DNA from: Tubiluchus corallicola
Lineage: Eukaryota; Animalia; Priapulida
Assembly: GCA_030141605.1 (NCBI GenBank)
Contig: JAQGDQ010000041.1
Location: forward strand, 434,001-498,000
Reading direction: 5' to 3'
Length of the DNA stretch: 64,000 nucleotides
In this document: positions 1 to 26,400 of the stretch, piece after piece
Numbering within the stretch: the first letter of the stretch is position 1
Layout: the number at the start of each line of letters is the position of its first letter
Translations under genes and position numbers: made by a program
Notes under the pieces: generated by a model
Told to the model about the DNA's origin: nothing
The model's database searches: none
The model's input: the letters and a program-made list of their open reading frames with translations, nothing else

Positions 1-506
1 AATAATTGAGTACTGCTAAATTTATTATTACTAACAAGGAAAAACATGTTTGTCCCAGGATGTCATGCAGTGCCAACATGTACCTTTTTGTTGGCAAGTC
101 CATAGCTTCATCTGACTGCTATTGATAACATTAATTGGGCAGCTTCATTGAGCAATTGTACCAGCTATAAGCAACTGCTTGCTAAAATTTCTGGAACCTT
201 TATGAATCAGTCAAGAGAGTTCTCATTCTAAATCATATTTAGTCAGAATAATCAGAACTGTATTCATCTGTCTCAGTAAATAGAATAATATAGCGTGCCC
301 CAATTTATGTACAACACTATTAAATTTTTTGTTTGGTGCAGTATGTGACAATGCATGACGTTGTACAATAAAAACAGTCGTAAAATGAGTTACTAAAAAC
401 AGTGATATTTCAAGCTATCATAGACCATCTAACCCAAAGTAATGTGTTTATGTGTATCAGCAACTGGATAATAGATTAATCAAAGCAGTTAACTTGTTTT
501 TACTAG

Positions 507-12884
<12,378 letters not shown>

Positions 12885-13347
12885 CGACAGTGATGGTGTT
12901 GATGGTAGTAGTGCATTATTGTTATGATTTCTCTAGGCTGCCCTAACTTTTCACGATTAGACAGAGATAATAGTAATGACTTGCATTCTCGGGAGGTTTT
13001 GCTGTTTCTCCACACTTACTACCCTCCTGCCATCTACGAAACTAGTTTTTCTATCTGTTTTTAAGATAACTGTGAGTCAACAAATTAAAAATATGTCAAC
13101 AAAATTAAGTTAAGTGATTGAAGTTTGGTCAGTAGCGCATGCCAGAAGTTTATGGTCAACTAGTTGAAAGTGCTGTTAGCAATTTGCTTAACACTTTTTC
13201 AAGTTTTTAATTTGACAGCCCAGCTTGGTGATTATGATTTTTCATACAGAAAATTTGTTATTGTGATTGATACAGATCTAAATTGTGATAAATGCAAATT
13301 ATAGCTCGATCGTGACATTGTTTTATTATGAAAATTTATTGATTTTA

Positions 13348-13353
13348 AATAAA
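13348..13353 (+). promoter_or_regulatory. Likely MTRR polyadenylation signal
   Basis: AATAAA ~460 nt after the stop, followed by a GT/T-rich tract (ttgattgtaatttgtgtg). Confidence 0.55.
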
Positions 13354-14366
13354 GAACTTGATTGTAATTTGTGTGAAGTGACATGAATTATTATTGTTAT
13401 TAACTGTGCTTGTATTGCAACGCCAAATTACTTTTTTGCTTTCACTACTTGGATATTGAGCAGGAACAGATTTTTCTGCTCAGAATAGAGTTTTCCAAAT
13501 CATAAGAAAACTCTTACAGATCATTCAATTTTATTAATTTTCTTCATTTTATATAAAAATGTTTATTCCCTTTTTAACTTATTTTAGCACGCAAAACTTT
13601 GAATCATCAAGCCATATAGAGCAAAGCTACATGCAGAAATGAATACAGCCTGTAATAAGAAATAAATGTATGATTAGCAAATAGCTTAGCTATGTACAAA
13701 TTTGTAGTAACATAAATAATGTGTGGCGTAAAATTTAGCAGAAACTGTTTCGTGCAGCAATTACATAAAAGTAACTAATGATGAGTGAACAAAATACAAG
13801 TTACTTAAAATTTGAATCTCAAAACTAAAGAAAACAAAAATGTATGCACACATTTATAATACCTGTGTGATCATATAATAGTTCCATGATTACTAAACAT
13901 ACAATCGCACTTACATTACATATAGTAAGGCAATGAGCTAAATAAAAGCTAACTATCAAAAAATAAAAAACAACCCAAAACTATCTAATTTTTCATATTT
14001 GAATTCTTAAATTTACAAGTACATATCTGTAAATAGACATGTAAATGAGTGCAAGTAAATGATTGTTATTAAGCTCAACTTCATGGCAATGCTACAACTC
14101 ATATATAAAAATTAGTACAACACAATTTCGATTCATGTTCATTTCACTTTAGGACTGGCATTATGATTTCACTGACACTGTAAAAATACTAACAATTTTT
14201 AGATAGTTTAAATAAGTATTTCACAAACATAAATATCATTAGTAGAATCAACTAATACCTAATATGTTTCTTGTTATACAAAAAGTGCTAAAACTTATCT
14301 TATGTACAATATATATTTACATGCCACAGTCACATTAATCAACTGTAGGCAGTGGCAGCCGACACT

Positions 14367-17300
14367 TTAATTAGCTTTTCTTTGTTTTGAAATATGAACT
14401 CGTGTTTTTTTGAAGAGACTGCGTTTTGTTTTATGCAGTTTTCCTGTGTTTTCTATTTCTAGATCTTTATGTCTGTGAGAGTGCTGACGCACAGATAGAG
14501 ACGGTACACTTTCTAAACTATCACTGTCGGTAAAATCAAAAACAGATTTGTTACTTGCAGATTTTTTTGGTGGCAAGTCTAAACGTTTCAGCTTAAGCTT
14601 TGTTAACGAATCTTTATTACTAGAAAGTTTTTTTGTATGATGAAAGAAATTGCTTGCACTAATCTTTGAAATTTTACCTGATGTTGGCACATTAAGAGAA
14701 ACAACTTCACCCGCAACTTCTATAGGAGAAATTTTTGTGGGCTTTTGTACAGGAGACACTGCACTTCGAAATCTGGAAGACGTATTGTCTTGGCGAGATT
14801 CTCGTTTTCTTTTTATTGGCGGCATGCAATCTAAGTTTCGTTCTCGACTTGAAGCTCTGGTCATTCTGGCAAACAAATTTTCAGGTCCTGCGTGCCGCTT
14901 GTTGACCTTTTGCTTAAAAATATTGACAGGCTTGTCTTTCTCCTTTTCTGTCCTGGACAATGGTGGAGAAAGGATTGGTTTATTCATGATGTTTCCTACA
15001 TGAACAGACTCTGATTTGGATCCTTTCGCCATTCTTATGAACAAGTTTTCAGATCTTTCCTGTTGCTTCTGACTGGATCTACCCCGTTGCTCATGACTGG
15101 ATTTATTGCACTGTTCTGGATGAAGTTCCTGGCCTGACTTGCTTATATTTGTAGAGACTTCACGAGAATTCTGTGACTTGAATCCTTTGTTGGATACGTT
15201 GGGGCTTGTTGAAAGCCTTACACTACCTTCACTACATTTATTAGACCTTACTAAAGGAATTGTCAAACTTTTCTTGCAAGAAATATTAGGACTCTTTGAC
15301 ATTGCCACCATACCCTTGCTAGAAGCATTGAGACTTGTTGATTTGCCCACTAAACCATTATGAGATACAGTGGAATTTGCTATTAAAATATTGCTAGATG
15401 AATTGGGACTTCTTGACCTTGTTATTATACTTTTACTAGACAAAGTTAGGCTTTCTGACGTTGTGACCAAGCTTTTCTTTCCTATATCAGTGCTTGACAA
15501 CTTTGTTGGCAGGCAATTATTAGTTTTGCTAGGACTTTGGGATCTTGTCAAGCGTTTTTTGAATACACTGAAGCTTACGGGGGTTGTGTTTGATTCTTTC
15601 TTCAAAATATTAGGGCTTACTGATCTTCTCTCCAAACCTTTCTTAGATAAATCCGGGCTAGTTGATCTTGTTTGCATCCTTGAAAAAAGATTACCTGAAA
15701 CTTTCTTCTTGTTTTTGCTGTTTGTCTGTGTCAATGACATTGTGTGAGTTTTCTGGGTTATTTTGGCTGACAAGGGAGAAAGATTTTTAGTTGATGGCTT
15801 AAAGTCATCATCGTGATCGCTACATTGCGGATTTACATTTAAAATTTGAGCGCAGGTAAAACCGCTAACTGAAGAAACAGGAACAGCTTTCTCAGTGACT
15901 GTCGCCGATTCATTAGAGGATACAATATTTTTAATATTACTCAAAGGTTGTATACAAGGAACATATTGGGATTCAGCTATAAGTTTCTTTGAAACGTCCT
16001 GATCTAGTTTCAAATCTTGATTTGTATGTACTCTTTCAACTACTAGTTTATCATTGTGCATGTTCCTACTGGCCTTGTTTGTTCCCACATCACTAACAGC
16101 AATAATATTATTAACTTTCAATGTTTCCTCAGAACTATCAATGAGATGTTCTCTTGACGACTTATCATCATCTTGTGACACTTCATTAGGTCTAAGTGAA
16201 GGTGAAACATCATGATGGCGTTCCACGGTTTGATGAAGTAACGATGATAAATTATATTTCTTATCCATGTCTTCATCATCAGAACTACATTCAGACATTG
16301 ATTCTGTTGAAGAGCCATCATTTTCATCATTCTTCAAAGTGTGTGACACAACCTTTTCTGAAGTCCCTGGTTTGTGTGCAGAAGATGTAACTAATACTTT
16401 TTGTCGTGCTAACCCTCGTCTAGTTTTCTTATCTTGACCTGAAGAAAAGAAGTTTTCATTCATTGGTCTACCACACTCCCTTAAAAGTCGTTGGAATGGC
16501 AGCTCATGTACAGCAGGCAGATCAGGTAATGTGTCTCCTTCATTGAAACTGGAGGTTGTGTTATTAGTAATGGAAGTGGACGTTGTGTTTTTGACAACAC
16601 AATCAATCTGCGACTTGGAATGTGCGAGTGTAAGTGGACCTGTGGGTTCACAAGCATAGTTGCCTTCGGATTTAGCCATAATTTCAGGTGACTGTGGCCT
16701 AAAACGTGGCAATGTATTTAAATCTTTAGGCTCGGAAACATGCTCTGGTGGCAATGACTTAGAACGTGCTAATGTCCTTGGATCTGTAGGTTTAGAGACA
16801 GAGTTTTCTCTAGATCTAATAATTTCTGACAAAAGCGGGACACTTTCGTTTTTTCCAACGGATGTTTCCAAATTAGGTTTTCGGACATTATTGATGACAC
16901 TTCTTTCATGATCTTCTTTCACTTCCTGGGAATCTTCTTCACTGGAGGTAAAATAATTTACTAATGAAAGCCCAGGAAACATGCCCTCTGGAGAATCCAT
17001 CAGCATGGTACTAACAAAGGAGCCGTATTCACAGGTATCTACAGGTTTCAAGGTTAAACCTTTGACAATCTTGTCAGAATTCTGCACAGAATGTAAATCT
17101 TCATCGTTTTCATTTAGCTGTAATTGACGTTCAGAAGAATCATTTACAGGTTGAAGACTACCATTATTATTCTCAGTTTTCAAAAGTTGACAAACATCAG
17201 ATTCTCGTTTACGTTTTCGTCTACGTCTAAGCTTTCTCTTTCTGCGACAAGTACTGCGATCACTGGGATCCACGTCAGGTTTTGTAGCATTGTTCTGTGT

Positions 17301-17407
17301 GGTTTCTGTTGTTTGTTGCTGCTGAATTGTTGATGAGCTGGTATTCACTCGAACTGAAGCCAAGATACTTCTTTCACGACTTCGTCCTTGTGACGGCGAA
17401 GAAGCAC
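14367..17407 (-). CDS. Giant gene, terminal coding exon (basic, S/K-rich)
   Basis: ttttggttacag|GTGCT acceptor; open to TAA at 14367; RRKRKLRRRRKRKR NLS-like tract. Confidence 0.85.
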
Positions 17408-20400
17408 CTGTAACCAAAAGCACAGAAATAATATAAGCAAAGAAAAAGTAGCAATGGCAGTACATTGAATAGCTTTAAGTATGCTATCAAATCTTTGTAA
17501 AAGAGCAGGTCATTAATATTGTGACGTTTGAGGCCATTCGGCGACAAGGTGACCATAATACCTTTTGTCACTTTGTGCGTGCAGTCGAAGATGCCCAGGA
17601 GCCCAATTCGTTAGTCTATTTTTTAAAGTTCAGAAAAAGGTCATAGTAAGTGTAGCAAGACCAGAGCCAAACTGCCTTAACCTAACCTAACCAAACATAC
17701 TATAATAAGCCTAATGAATTAACAGGAGGCACTGCTATGACCTAATGAAGAACAAATAAAATAGTCCTAAACCCGTGCATTGTGCAAACAGAATAATGTT
17801 TAGCTAAGACAACAACCAACTAAGAGAAGCTGAAAACTACAAAACAGTCAGTATGTACTAGGTGTTACATAAATTCATGCCAAAGATTCTAGACAGATAT
17901 TTCAAAGTTCATGATTACATCAAAATAACAACAGAACAAAAATCGTAAATGGGTTCGCGGATGTTTTAAACACATAAATCCATTATGAGTTTCTTCAAAA
18001 GTGTTTATGTGAGCAACATGGTACACCTAGAAATGGCAGATTGAAGAAAAAAGCCCTAACAAAAATACAAAAAAAAATACAGCAGAATAAAGCTGGCAGC
18101 TCAGAATGGAAAATGTTTACTCATGGGGACTAAACCGTTAATTTTTAGACCTACTATACCCAATGGCAGAACACTGCACTTCCTTAGCATGTACATAGCC
18201 TTTTCCTCGACGATCATGTATATACTTTACATAGACATACTTAAGTCAAATAACCAAAGTTTCTATAATATAATCACAATACCTATTTTGTTGGGAGACT
18301 CTTTGCTGGCTCTTCTTGAATTGTCGGGCAAACCTCTCTTCCTCCACTTTTTACCATTATTATTGTCTTGGAGTAAACCAGCTACTTCTCTCAAAAGCCC
18401 CTTTTTAACTTTCCTCCTTTTTTCCTGCTGTTTAGATTTTTGCCTTGCTTCCTCTTCTTGCCATTTCTGCCTTTTTGCTGCAATGAGAAAAGCTCAAATT
18501 ATCTAATTGCAGAAAGAACAAGTAGCCTAATAAGGTCTTTCCATTTCAATCCAAGTAATACAAGTATTGTTAATGATAACCCTGTTTTGGTTTAAGAATT
18601 GCAAACCATCATCAGGTACAAAGTCAGATCAAAACGTAGTTAAAATTGTTGGAATTGCAATATCTTTTCCACATGAATGCTTGTGCTGCTGTTTATATAA
18701 GACTTTCCTTTAGGCAAACTGATACAAGGTATTCATCTAAGAAGAAGAGAGCACCAAACAAAGCTAAAGCATCAATGATACTGTAGGCCCCAGACTCTCA
18801 TGTTTGGCACCTATGAGGACCTTGATGTTTTGCACAAGAACTCTTTTGTCATAGGCAACAAATGTATTCAAAGAGAACTAATTTGTCTCCCTTACCAAGT
18901 TACCCCTTAGCAAAAATCTCAAGGCTATCCCAGATGGTTCAGGTATAAATGGCTTCAACTCAAAAAGTGAATGGCTGACGGATGATGGGCATTGCATGAC
19001 GGCATAAGGTCACAGACTGTCAGAGAACCTAAAGCTTGTGATGTAATGCCAAGCACACACAAAATTAAACAAAGGACAATGTGGCAACAAAAACTCGATA
19101 TACGAAATAAAATCACCATAAAAAATACAGACAGAGTGCGCTAAAAAATAATGCTTTTTCATTGATCGTACTCCATTAACGTGAGCAATTATTACTTCAT
19201 TAAGAATGAATGATGTTAAGCAAACACCATACCTTCATATTCTGCACTTGCAGTCTTTGCTTCTTCTTCTTCTGCCTTATGAAGATGATCAGCAAAAGCA
19301 CCCACGAAATCAAAGCGATTTAATTTGAATTCTGGAAATTCTGGCTTGTGTATCTTCACATGCTTTGTGGATGGTGGTGGAGCAGCATTACGATTACTAT
19401 CATCTTTATCATTTTTAGCCGTATCGTCATTGCTTTCAGCATAATACTTTTTGGATGCGGCAACATTAATCACAGTATCTGTGTTACCAGATATCTGCTG
19501 AGGTTTTTCCATCTGCAGCATGTCAGTATTTCCAACAGATGTTGCTCCACTTGCTGAAACTGTCTCTACTTGCTTGTTTGTAGAATCTAGTAACACTTCG
19601 TTACTAGCAGACTCTTCAGTCGAGCAACAAGCTGAATCCTTTAACAGTACTTTTGGTGACTGCACGGGAGTATCTTCAAAAAGTAATTCTATGCAGTGCC
19701 AAACATTTCTTTTCACTCCAGCAATTGATTCAACTGATTCTTCACTGGCACAGGCTTTCTTGGTCAAATCTTCATCAACCTCGGCAACCTTGGGATTCTC
19801 AGTAGTGTTTTCGATCTGTAGTTTCACCACTCCACCTGTACTGTCACCGAGTTTATCAACAATTTCAGAAATGCATTTTATTTGTTCAGGTGCAAAACTA
19901 TTTGAAGTAGAAGTATTTCTCTTGCATTCACTATCAAAAGCAATATCAGCAAATGTCTGTAGAAGTTCACAAGCTGAAACCTGTGTACCAGCAGGTTGTG
20001 ATGCAACTCTAGAATCTGCCTTACCACTAGTTGATGGCAGAATGTCGCTAGCTAGTGTTAGAGCATTAGCGGCTGACTGAACTTCTCCAGATGACAACCG
20101 AGCACTAGCAGATGAGTACACTTCATTATTTGATGTGCAAGTACTAACCGTTGTTTGCAGGTCTCCAGCTGATACCTGAACATTAGCAGATGACTGCATT
20201 TCAGTACCAGCAGATGAGTGAATTGCCATAGGTGATACCCAAGAATTAGCTGGTGAGTGCTGTAATTCGCCAAAAGGTATCTGAACAGTAGCCGCTGAGT
20301 GCAGTTCCTTAGCTGATACCTGAGCATTAGGTGATGACTGAATTTCTATAGCTGACACATCATTGTTGGCTGATAACTGCAATTCCTTGCTTATCTGACT

Positions 20401-23400
20401 CCTAACTAGTGACCGCTCATCTTTAACTGGTACCTGACTACTAGCTAATGACTGTAATTCTCTGACTGATGTCTGACTACTAGCTGATGACAGCAATTCC
20501 AAAGTTGGTACCTTGGTACTGGGCAATGACTGCAGTTCTTTTGCTGAAACTTGAGTGCAAGCTGAATGTGACACAATTATGGCATCTGCAGATTCTCTTA
20601 TGGCAAATTCAGCCATTGCTACAGATGGCAAATTATCGCATTTTGTTTGAGCCACATTGAGTCGCTGCCTTTTAGGTTTTCCTAAAGAAGCTTGTGTTCC
20701 GCGAGATTCTGTCAGCTTTCTTGGTGGCTTAAAGTTTATACCAGATTCTTTTTCTGTAAGCATTTTCGGTTTCATCTTGTTATTTGGTCCACCAGACAGT
20801 TTCTCATTTAAAAGTGCTTCTGTACTGATAATGTTTGACAATGCTTCTTCACAAGAATCATTAGCAAAATTTTTTTCACAGCTAACAATATCACCCACCA
20901 ACTGTTTGTTTTGATGAATGCTTGCCACTTTACCTTTGGCAGTACTGCTGAAACTATGCGTCTGTAATTCTTTTTTCGCAAATGCCGCTTTACTATCCAA
21001 AATATGCGTTGTCGTTTCCTTATCTGCATCTGTATTTGCAGATTCTCTGTTAATATATTCAAGATGATCAGTCAAGTTCCTCTGATTATTTTGACTATCA
21101 ATTTTCACATCAGCCAAGTTGTCAATGACAATTTTTTCTTGTAGATCATCCACTGCTGCTGAGAAAACTGAAGACGGTTTATAATCCACAGCTTCTCTTG
21201 CCAAACCTGCTTTACTGTTATTCGGCTCCAACACACAAGCTTCCAAAAGCACCTGCTTATCTGGTAACTGATTTAAGTTACCATTTTCCTTAACAACATT
21301 TCTGATCAGAGAATTCCTGCTTGCTTTTGCAAAGATTTCTTCAAAAGGATTTTTTGTTTCTAATGCTTCAGGACTGCTTTCAGCAAAAATATCAGAGATG
21401 GAATCACAAGAATCAGACTGCCAATATTGTACTGCTGTACCAACAGGATTTTCTTGTTGCTCAAGAGAATTGTTTACTGATGCCACAGAGTTATCATACA
21501 GCTTGTCATTAACCACATTTAACCCAGGAGATGAATACGTAACCCCATTAATTTCTTTACAAATGCAGTCATGTTTAGCTGCCTTTAAATTAGATACAGA
21601 ATCATTTAAAGTATGTTCCTTTGCTACAGCCAACTCATTAGATAAATTTCTGTCTGTTGAAACAATATATTCGAGCTTGTCTGGTAAGGGAATGGCCCGA
21701 GATGTAACACTATCAACTGACTCAGATACAACACTATGAATGTCTTTTGCAAATGCTAATTGGACACCAGCAGCTTCAGACTCATCTTTTTTCTTGCTGT
21801 TCTTTTCCAGTATATCCCTGGCAGCACTAGTTTGCTTTTCAGCAAATAACTCTTTCTCTATAATGCATTTATTTGGTACTACATCTTTAGTATTGCAGTT
21901 TGTTGTCAAATTACTACTGGAAGTTATTTTAGATAACCTTTCCTCTAGCTGCTCATGCTCAGAAGATTTACATGAGGATTTCCCAGCCTCTGTGAGCACT
22001 TCTTCAAAAGTTGCTGCAACAGTGTGAGTTGTTTGTTCCAGCATATATTGCACAGAATAAACTGGATGTTTTTCTGTTTTATCCCTGACACTCCTTACAT
22101 TTGTTACAGCTAATGATAGTAAAGATTCGCTATTTGGTGCAGCATTATCTGACGCAGATGTAGGAAATACTTGCGAAGTTGTTGTTGGAATTTGTGGTGG
22201 CAGATTTTGTCTCACAGCACATCTACTGCCATTAATGGGGTAACGAGACGCCACACTTGAGCGGTTTTCTGTAGGCTTGCTCAGCACAAATTGTTGAATC
22301 TGAGGTCGTAATGTAGGTATTTCTGAACTCTGAGTACTATTTGAAGTCTCTGACGAATATAATACAGGAGTAAAAATATATGGCTGAGGCAAAGCACGTG
22401 GCTGAGGAGGACATGTTGCGATAATGCGAGGCCGAGACATCATTGTTTCCAAACCTCGAAGCTGGAGAATAGATGTCGAAGTGCAAGGCTGAGGAGATAA
22501 TATCAGACGACATGGGTCTGCAGGTAAATGAGGTGGTAGGTGTTTAGGCAGTGATGAGCAAGGATCAAGTTTCTTAGTACTAGGACAAATATCTTCTACA
22601 AATGTAACTACTGGACCATCGTCTTCGTCACTATTACTGTTTGAAGAACCAGTTTCTTCACTAGTGTTGGTATTTGAAGGCGTCTGGTCTTCAAGGAGCA
22701 TTTTTTCAATTTGACAGGCACTGGTCAGAATCAAATTTTCTTTCAAACACCTAGGTGCAATTGTTTTTGCACTGCTTGCAGCATCGACATTTTCGTGAAG
22801 CACCACATTCTCTGCTGTGATGTCTTTTTCAATTCCACTATTAGCTTTTGGACTGAATTGTTTCTGTTCAACATTGCTCCCACGGAGTAACTCTTCAATC
22901 AGCAATTGGTCAAGATCATTTTCGTTGTTGGTCGACTTTGTTAACATGGCATCTTCTGCTTCCTCAGAAGATGTATTAGGCTTGCTTACAATCTTGGCTT
23001 TATCAGTGCATCTTGCACGCACAATCACAGATGACGCATTAGGCTGGATGGATTTAAGAAGTTCATTTTTACCCGTACTACGAAGCGAGGTTTGGCGAAC
23101 TGATTTAGTTAATTCATTCACTTCAGAATTATTATCCTTTCTAGACTTGCATTGTATGTTGCTAGAGTCCGTGATGTTATCAGGAAGTAACTGGTGATCA
23201 ACAGGTGTTGAAGATTTACATGTATTAGCAAAATCATGCTTCACTGAATTATTATTACAATTGTTCTCTTTTGCCAGTGTAACCGTTACAGGGACAGAAT
23301 CCAAACCCTGTTGAGATTTAGTGGAGGTATCCACATCGCAATTATCTGATTGATCTAAAATCTTATTAGAAGTCTTCTTCTTTGCTAGCCTTGACTTTGA

Positions 23401-26400
23401 ATTGCTAATATTATGAGAAGCTATAGTATGTTTCACAGTTTTATTTGATGTACCTGAACTGGTATTGCCACGACAGGTTAAATTCCTAGAAGTATCCTTC
23501 AATGATACTTTAGTGGATTTTGAATTCTCGATAGCACCAGGAATCATTTTGACAGATTTTACTTGGTTACCATTAGAATTGTTATCCTCAATACCATTTA
23601 AATCACTGGTGGGCTGAAATTCATATGACAGCTTAGGTTCAGCAAAACTGCTGAACTCATCATCTGATTCACCAGATATGTCGCTACTACTGCTCATTGC
23701 TTCAACCAGTCCCCATAGTACCAGTTCCCCATAATTGACCATGTCACCAGCAGCTATTGCGTCTGTCAGCTTCTTTTTACCATCTACCATTTTCACACTG
23801 CATGGCTTACAAAGTTTAATAGCTTGATTTTCTATTGAATGTTCAGGCATCTCATTAATATTACAATTTATATCATGTTCATCTCCAGTATCAGAATCCC
23901 CATTATTATCTTCTTCAGTTCCATTAATAGAATCCCTGCTTCTATCATTATCAGCAGAAATACTTTCGCTGTTGCCATCAAAATCATCATCATCATCATC
24001 AAGTTCACTAGAAATATCATAATCACTGCTAGCAACTTCATGTATATCGCCATCATAATCATTAGTGTTGGCGATAATGTACATAGAATTACATGGCTTT
24101 TCCACGGGATTCCCTATAAGTGACTTGCTGCTATTGCTTGATGTTGTCCGAATTACCATTTTAAGTCCATTCCTCTTCACTGCACCATCGAGCTGATCAT
24201 TACAGCTACGTGCAACTTTATCAATGGTATCTATAACTGTTTGGCTAACTGGTGCAACTGTTCCAGATTCCATTTCAGGACTCCCTGTGGTGCTGCTGAC
24301 CAAATGCTCATCAGAATCTAGATCATCAGAATGGGATTCTATGCAATATGGCAATGTATCCGTAGATGTATTTGGTGAGCAAGCTTCTCTCCTGCTTGTG
24401 GTTTCATCCACTCTATTGGTCTGAATCAATTTAGGTGAGCTTCTGCTGTTTGAATTTATGCAAGCCTTGTCATGTTGCAGTAACACCTCTGGATCTTTTG
24501 TGGTAAACTGAAAACTACAAGCCTTGCACTGAAACAGTAATAAAGACTTACGTGGCGCTTTCATCACACTGCAAGAATAAGAATGAACAGCTTTTCTGGC
24601 TTTTAAACGAAATAGCATTAGAGGATATTCCACCAGGCACTCAGTGCATACTAAATTCTTTGTTTTCAAATCCAGCAATTGACATGGTATTGCATTTTCT
24701 TTAGAAGTTTCAAGGGGTGCCACAGTCTTCTTTGCTTTTTGCTTTGGAGCTGCCTTTTCAGCAGCTGCAGGTTTTAAAATGTGCTCAGCCTCAAAATCAG
24801 TGTTTTTTGCTCCATTTTGTTTAATTTTCAATATTATTTTTCCACCTGTTGTATCAGTTGTAGATGACATTTCCCTCACTGTTTCTCCTGACTTGTCAGC
24901 CTGCTGTGCCACATCAAATTCCTCATCATTGGTTTTAATAGTATCTCCTTGACCAGGCTGAGTAGAGAGTATATCTGAAACAACATTATTCACTATGCCT
25001 TGGATGTAACTTTGAGCATCAGAGATAGTATTCAACACTTTAGCAGTAGAATGTGCTGGTTCTGTAGCACTTTGGAAAGTAATTGCTTCTTGACACTTGC
25101 TTACACTCAAGTCTAAAGGCACCATATCAGGTGATGCCAACTTTCTAACATTTGACTGATCTGCAATCTGTGCTGCTGAATCCACTGGAGTAGTCACATG
25201 TGAACTTAAAGTCACTGTTGCTGGGACGGCAACTGCTCCAGAGGCATCATACAAAGGAGGTGGCCTAGGTGATTGCCGAAGAACAGCCTTTTTAGAATGT
25301 ACCAAAAGAGGTGGTGGTGGAGGAGGAAGAGAAGTTTTTTGCTGTAACATTTGTTGCAATACCGTATGCTGTTGTTGTGTAGCCTGTATACTAAGAATTG
25401 GCTGATTACGTGTCAAACTCTGGTTGCTAGTACTAACATTATTCAGTGACGATATTTGATGTTGTTGAACTGTGTGAGTTTTAGGTACATGTTGATTAGA
25501 TAGGAGGTTTTTGTTGTTAGAACTCCCTTGTTGGTAATGGAATTCTCGATGCTTTAATACCTTCTGTATATTGTCACCGGTCAGGTTTTGACCAGGACGA
25601 ACAACTGGTATATTAACTTCTTGATGCATTGGCAACCTAGACCTAGGCGCACTACCACGAAGCAACTGATTTTGGCATACATTAGACTGTGGCCTAAGTG
25701 CACTTTCCAAGGTACTTTGTAAAGGAACAACACTTGAAACATCCAATGAGGTGACAGGAAGATGTTGTGCTTGCTCACTGATCAACTGTCTAACCTGATG
25801 TCGAGACTGCTGCTTTGGAGCGTAAGAAGAGAGTTCCTTTTGAGGAGAATGATAGCTGGGAGCAACATATGGCGGAATTAAGGGTCTTGGTCGGTACCCT
25901 TGAGCAGGCACTGCATCTAAAAATGGATTTACTACCTCAGCATTTCTCTGATTTGAAAAATTCAAGTATTGCTGTTGTTGATATTGGTCATATTGTAACT
26001 GATTACGTGGATTGTACAAACCAGCACTTGGATGTCTAGGGATTCGCACAGGTGGCATTGCTTGAGTGAAAGCAATAGGAGGGCGAATCTCAGTAGACAC
26101 ATTTGTGCCTAATAAAGGATTGTAGTGAGAAGACGAATAACTTTCAGAAAACATTCTTTGACTTGTTGAAAGATACGGTGGAGGAGGAGCGCGAGAACCC
26201 ATTTTCACCTGAGCAGCTGGCACATTTGCCTGAGCACTTGGTAGGAAGCTATTCCTTATTTGAGAATACTGTGGCAGTTTTTGCTGCTGAGTACTTTGTT
26301 GAAACTGGGATGAAGAAAAACCAGTACTCCTATTAAGTACTTCACCTCTTTTAGCATTTTGAATTGTCTGTTGCTGATTTCGCATCATTAATATCAGAGA

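Noticed and set aside
17678-17692. (TAACC)3 here, and TAACCC x2 near 52625, as telomeric repeats
   Set aside because: Too short and embedded in apparent TE remnants.
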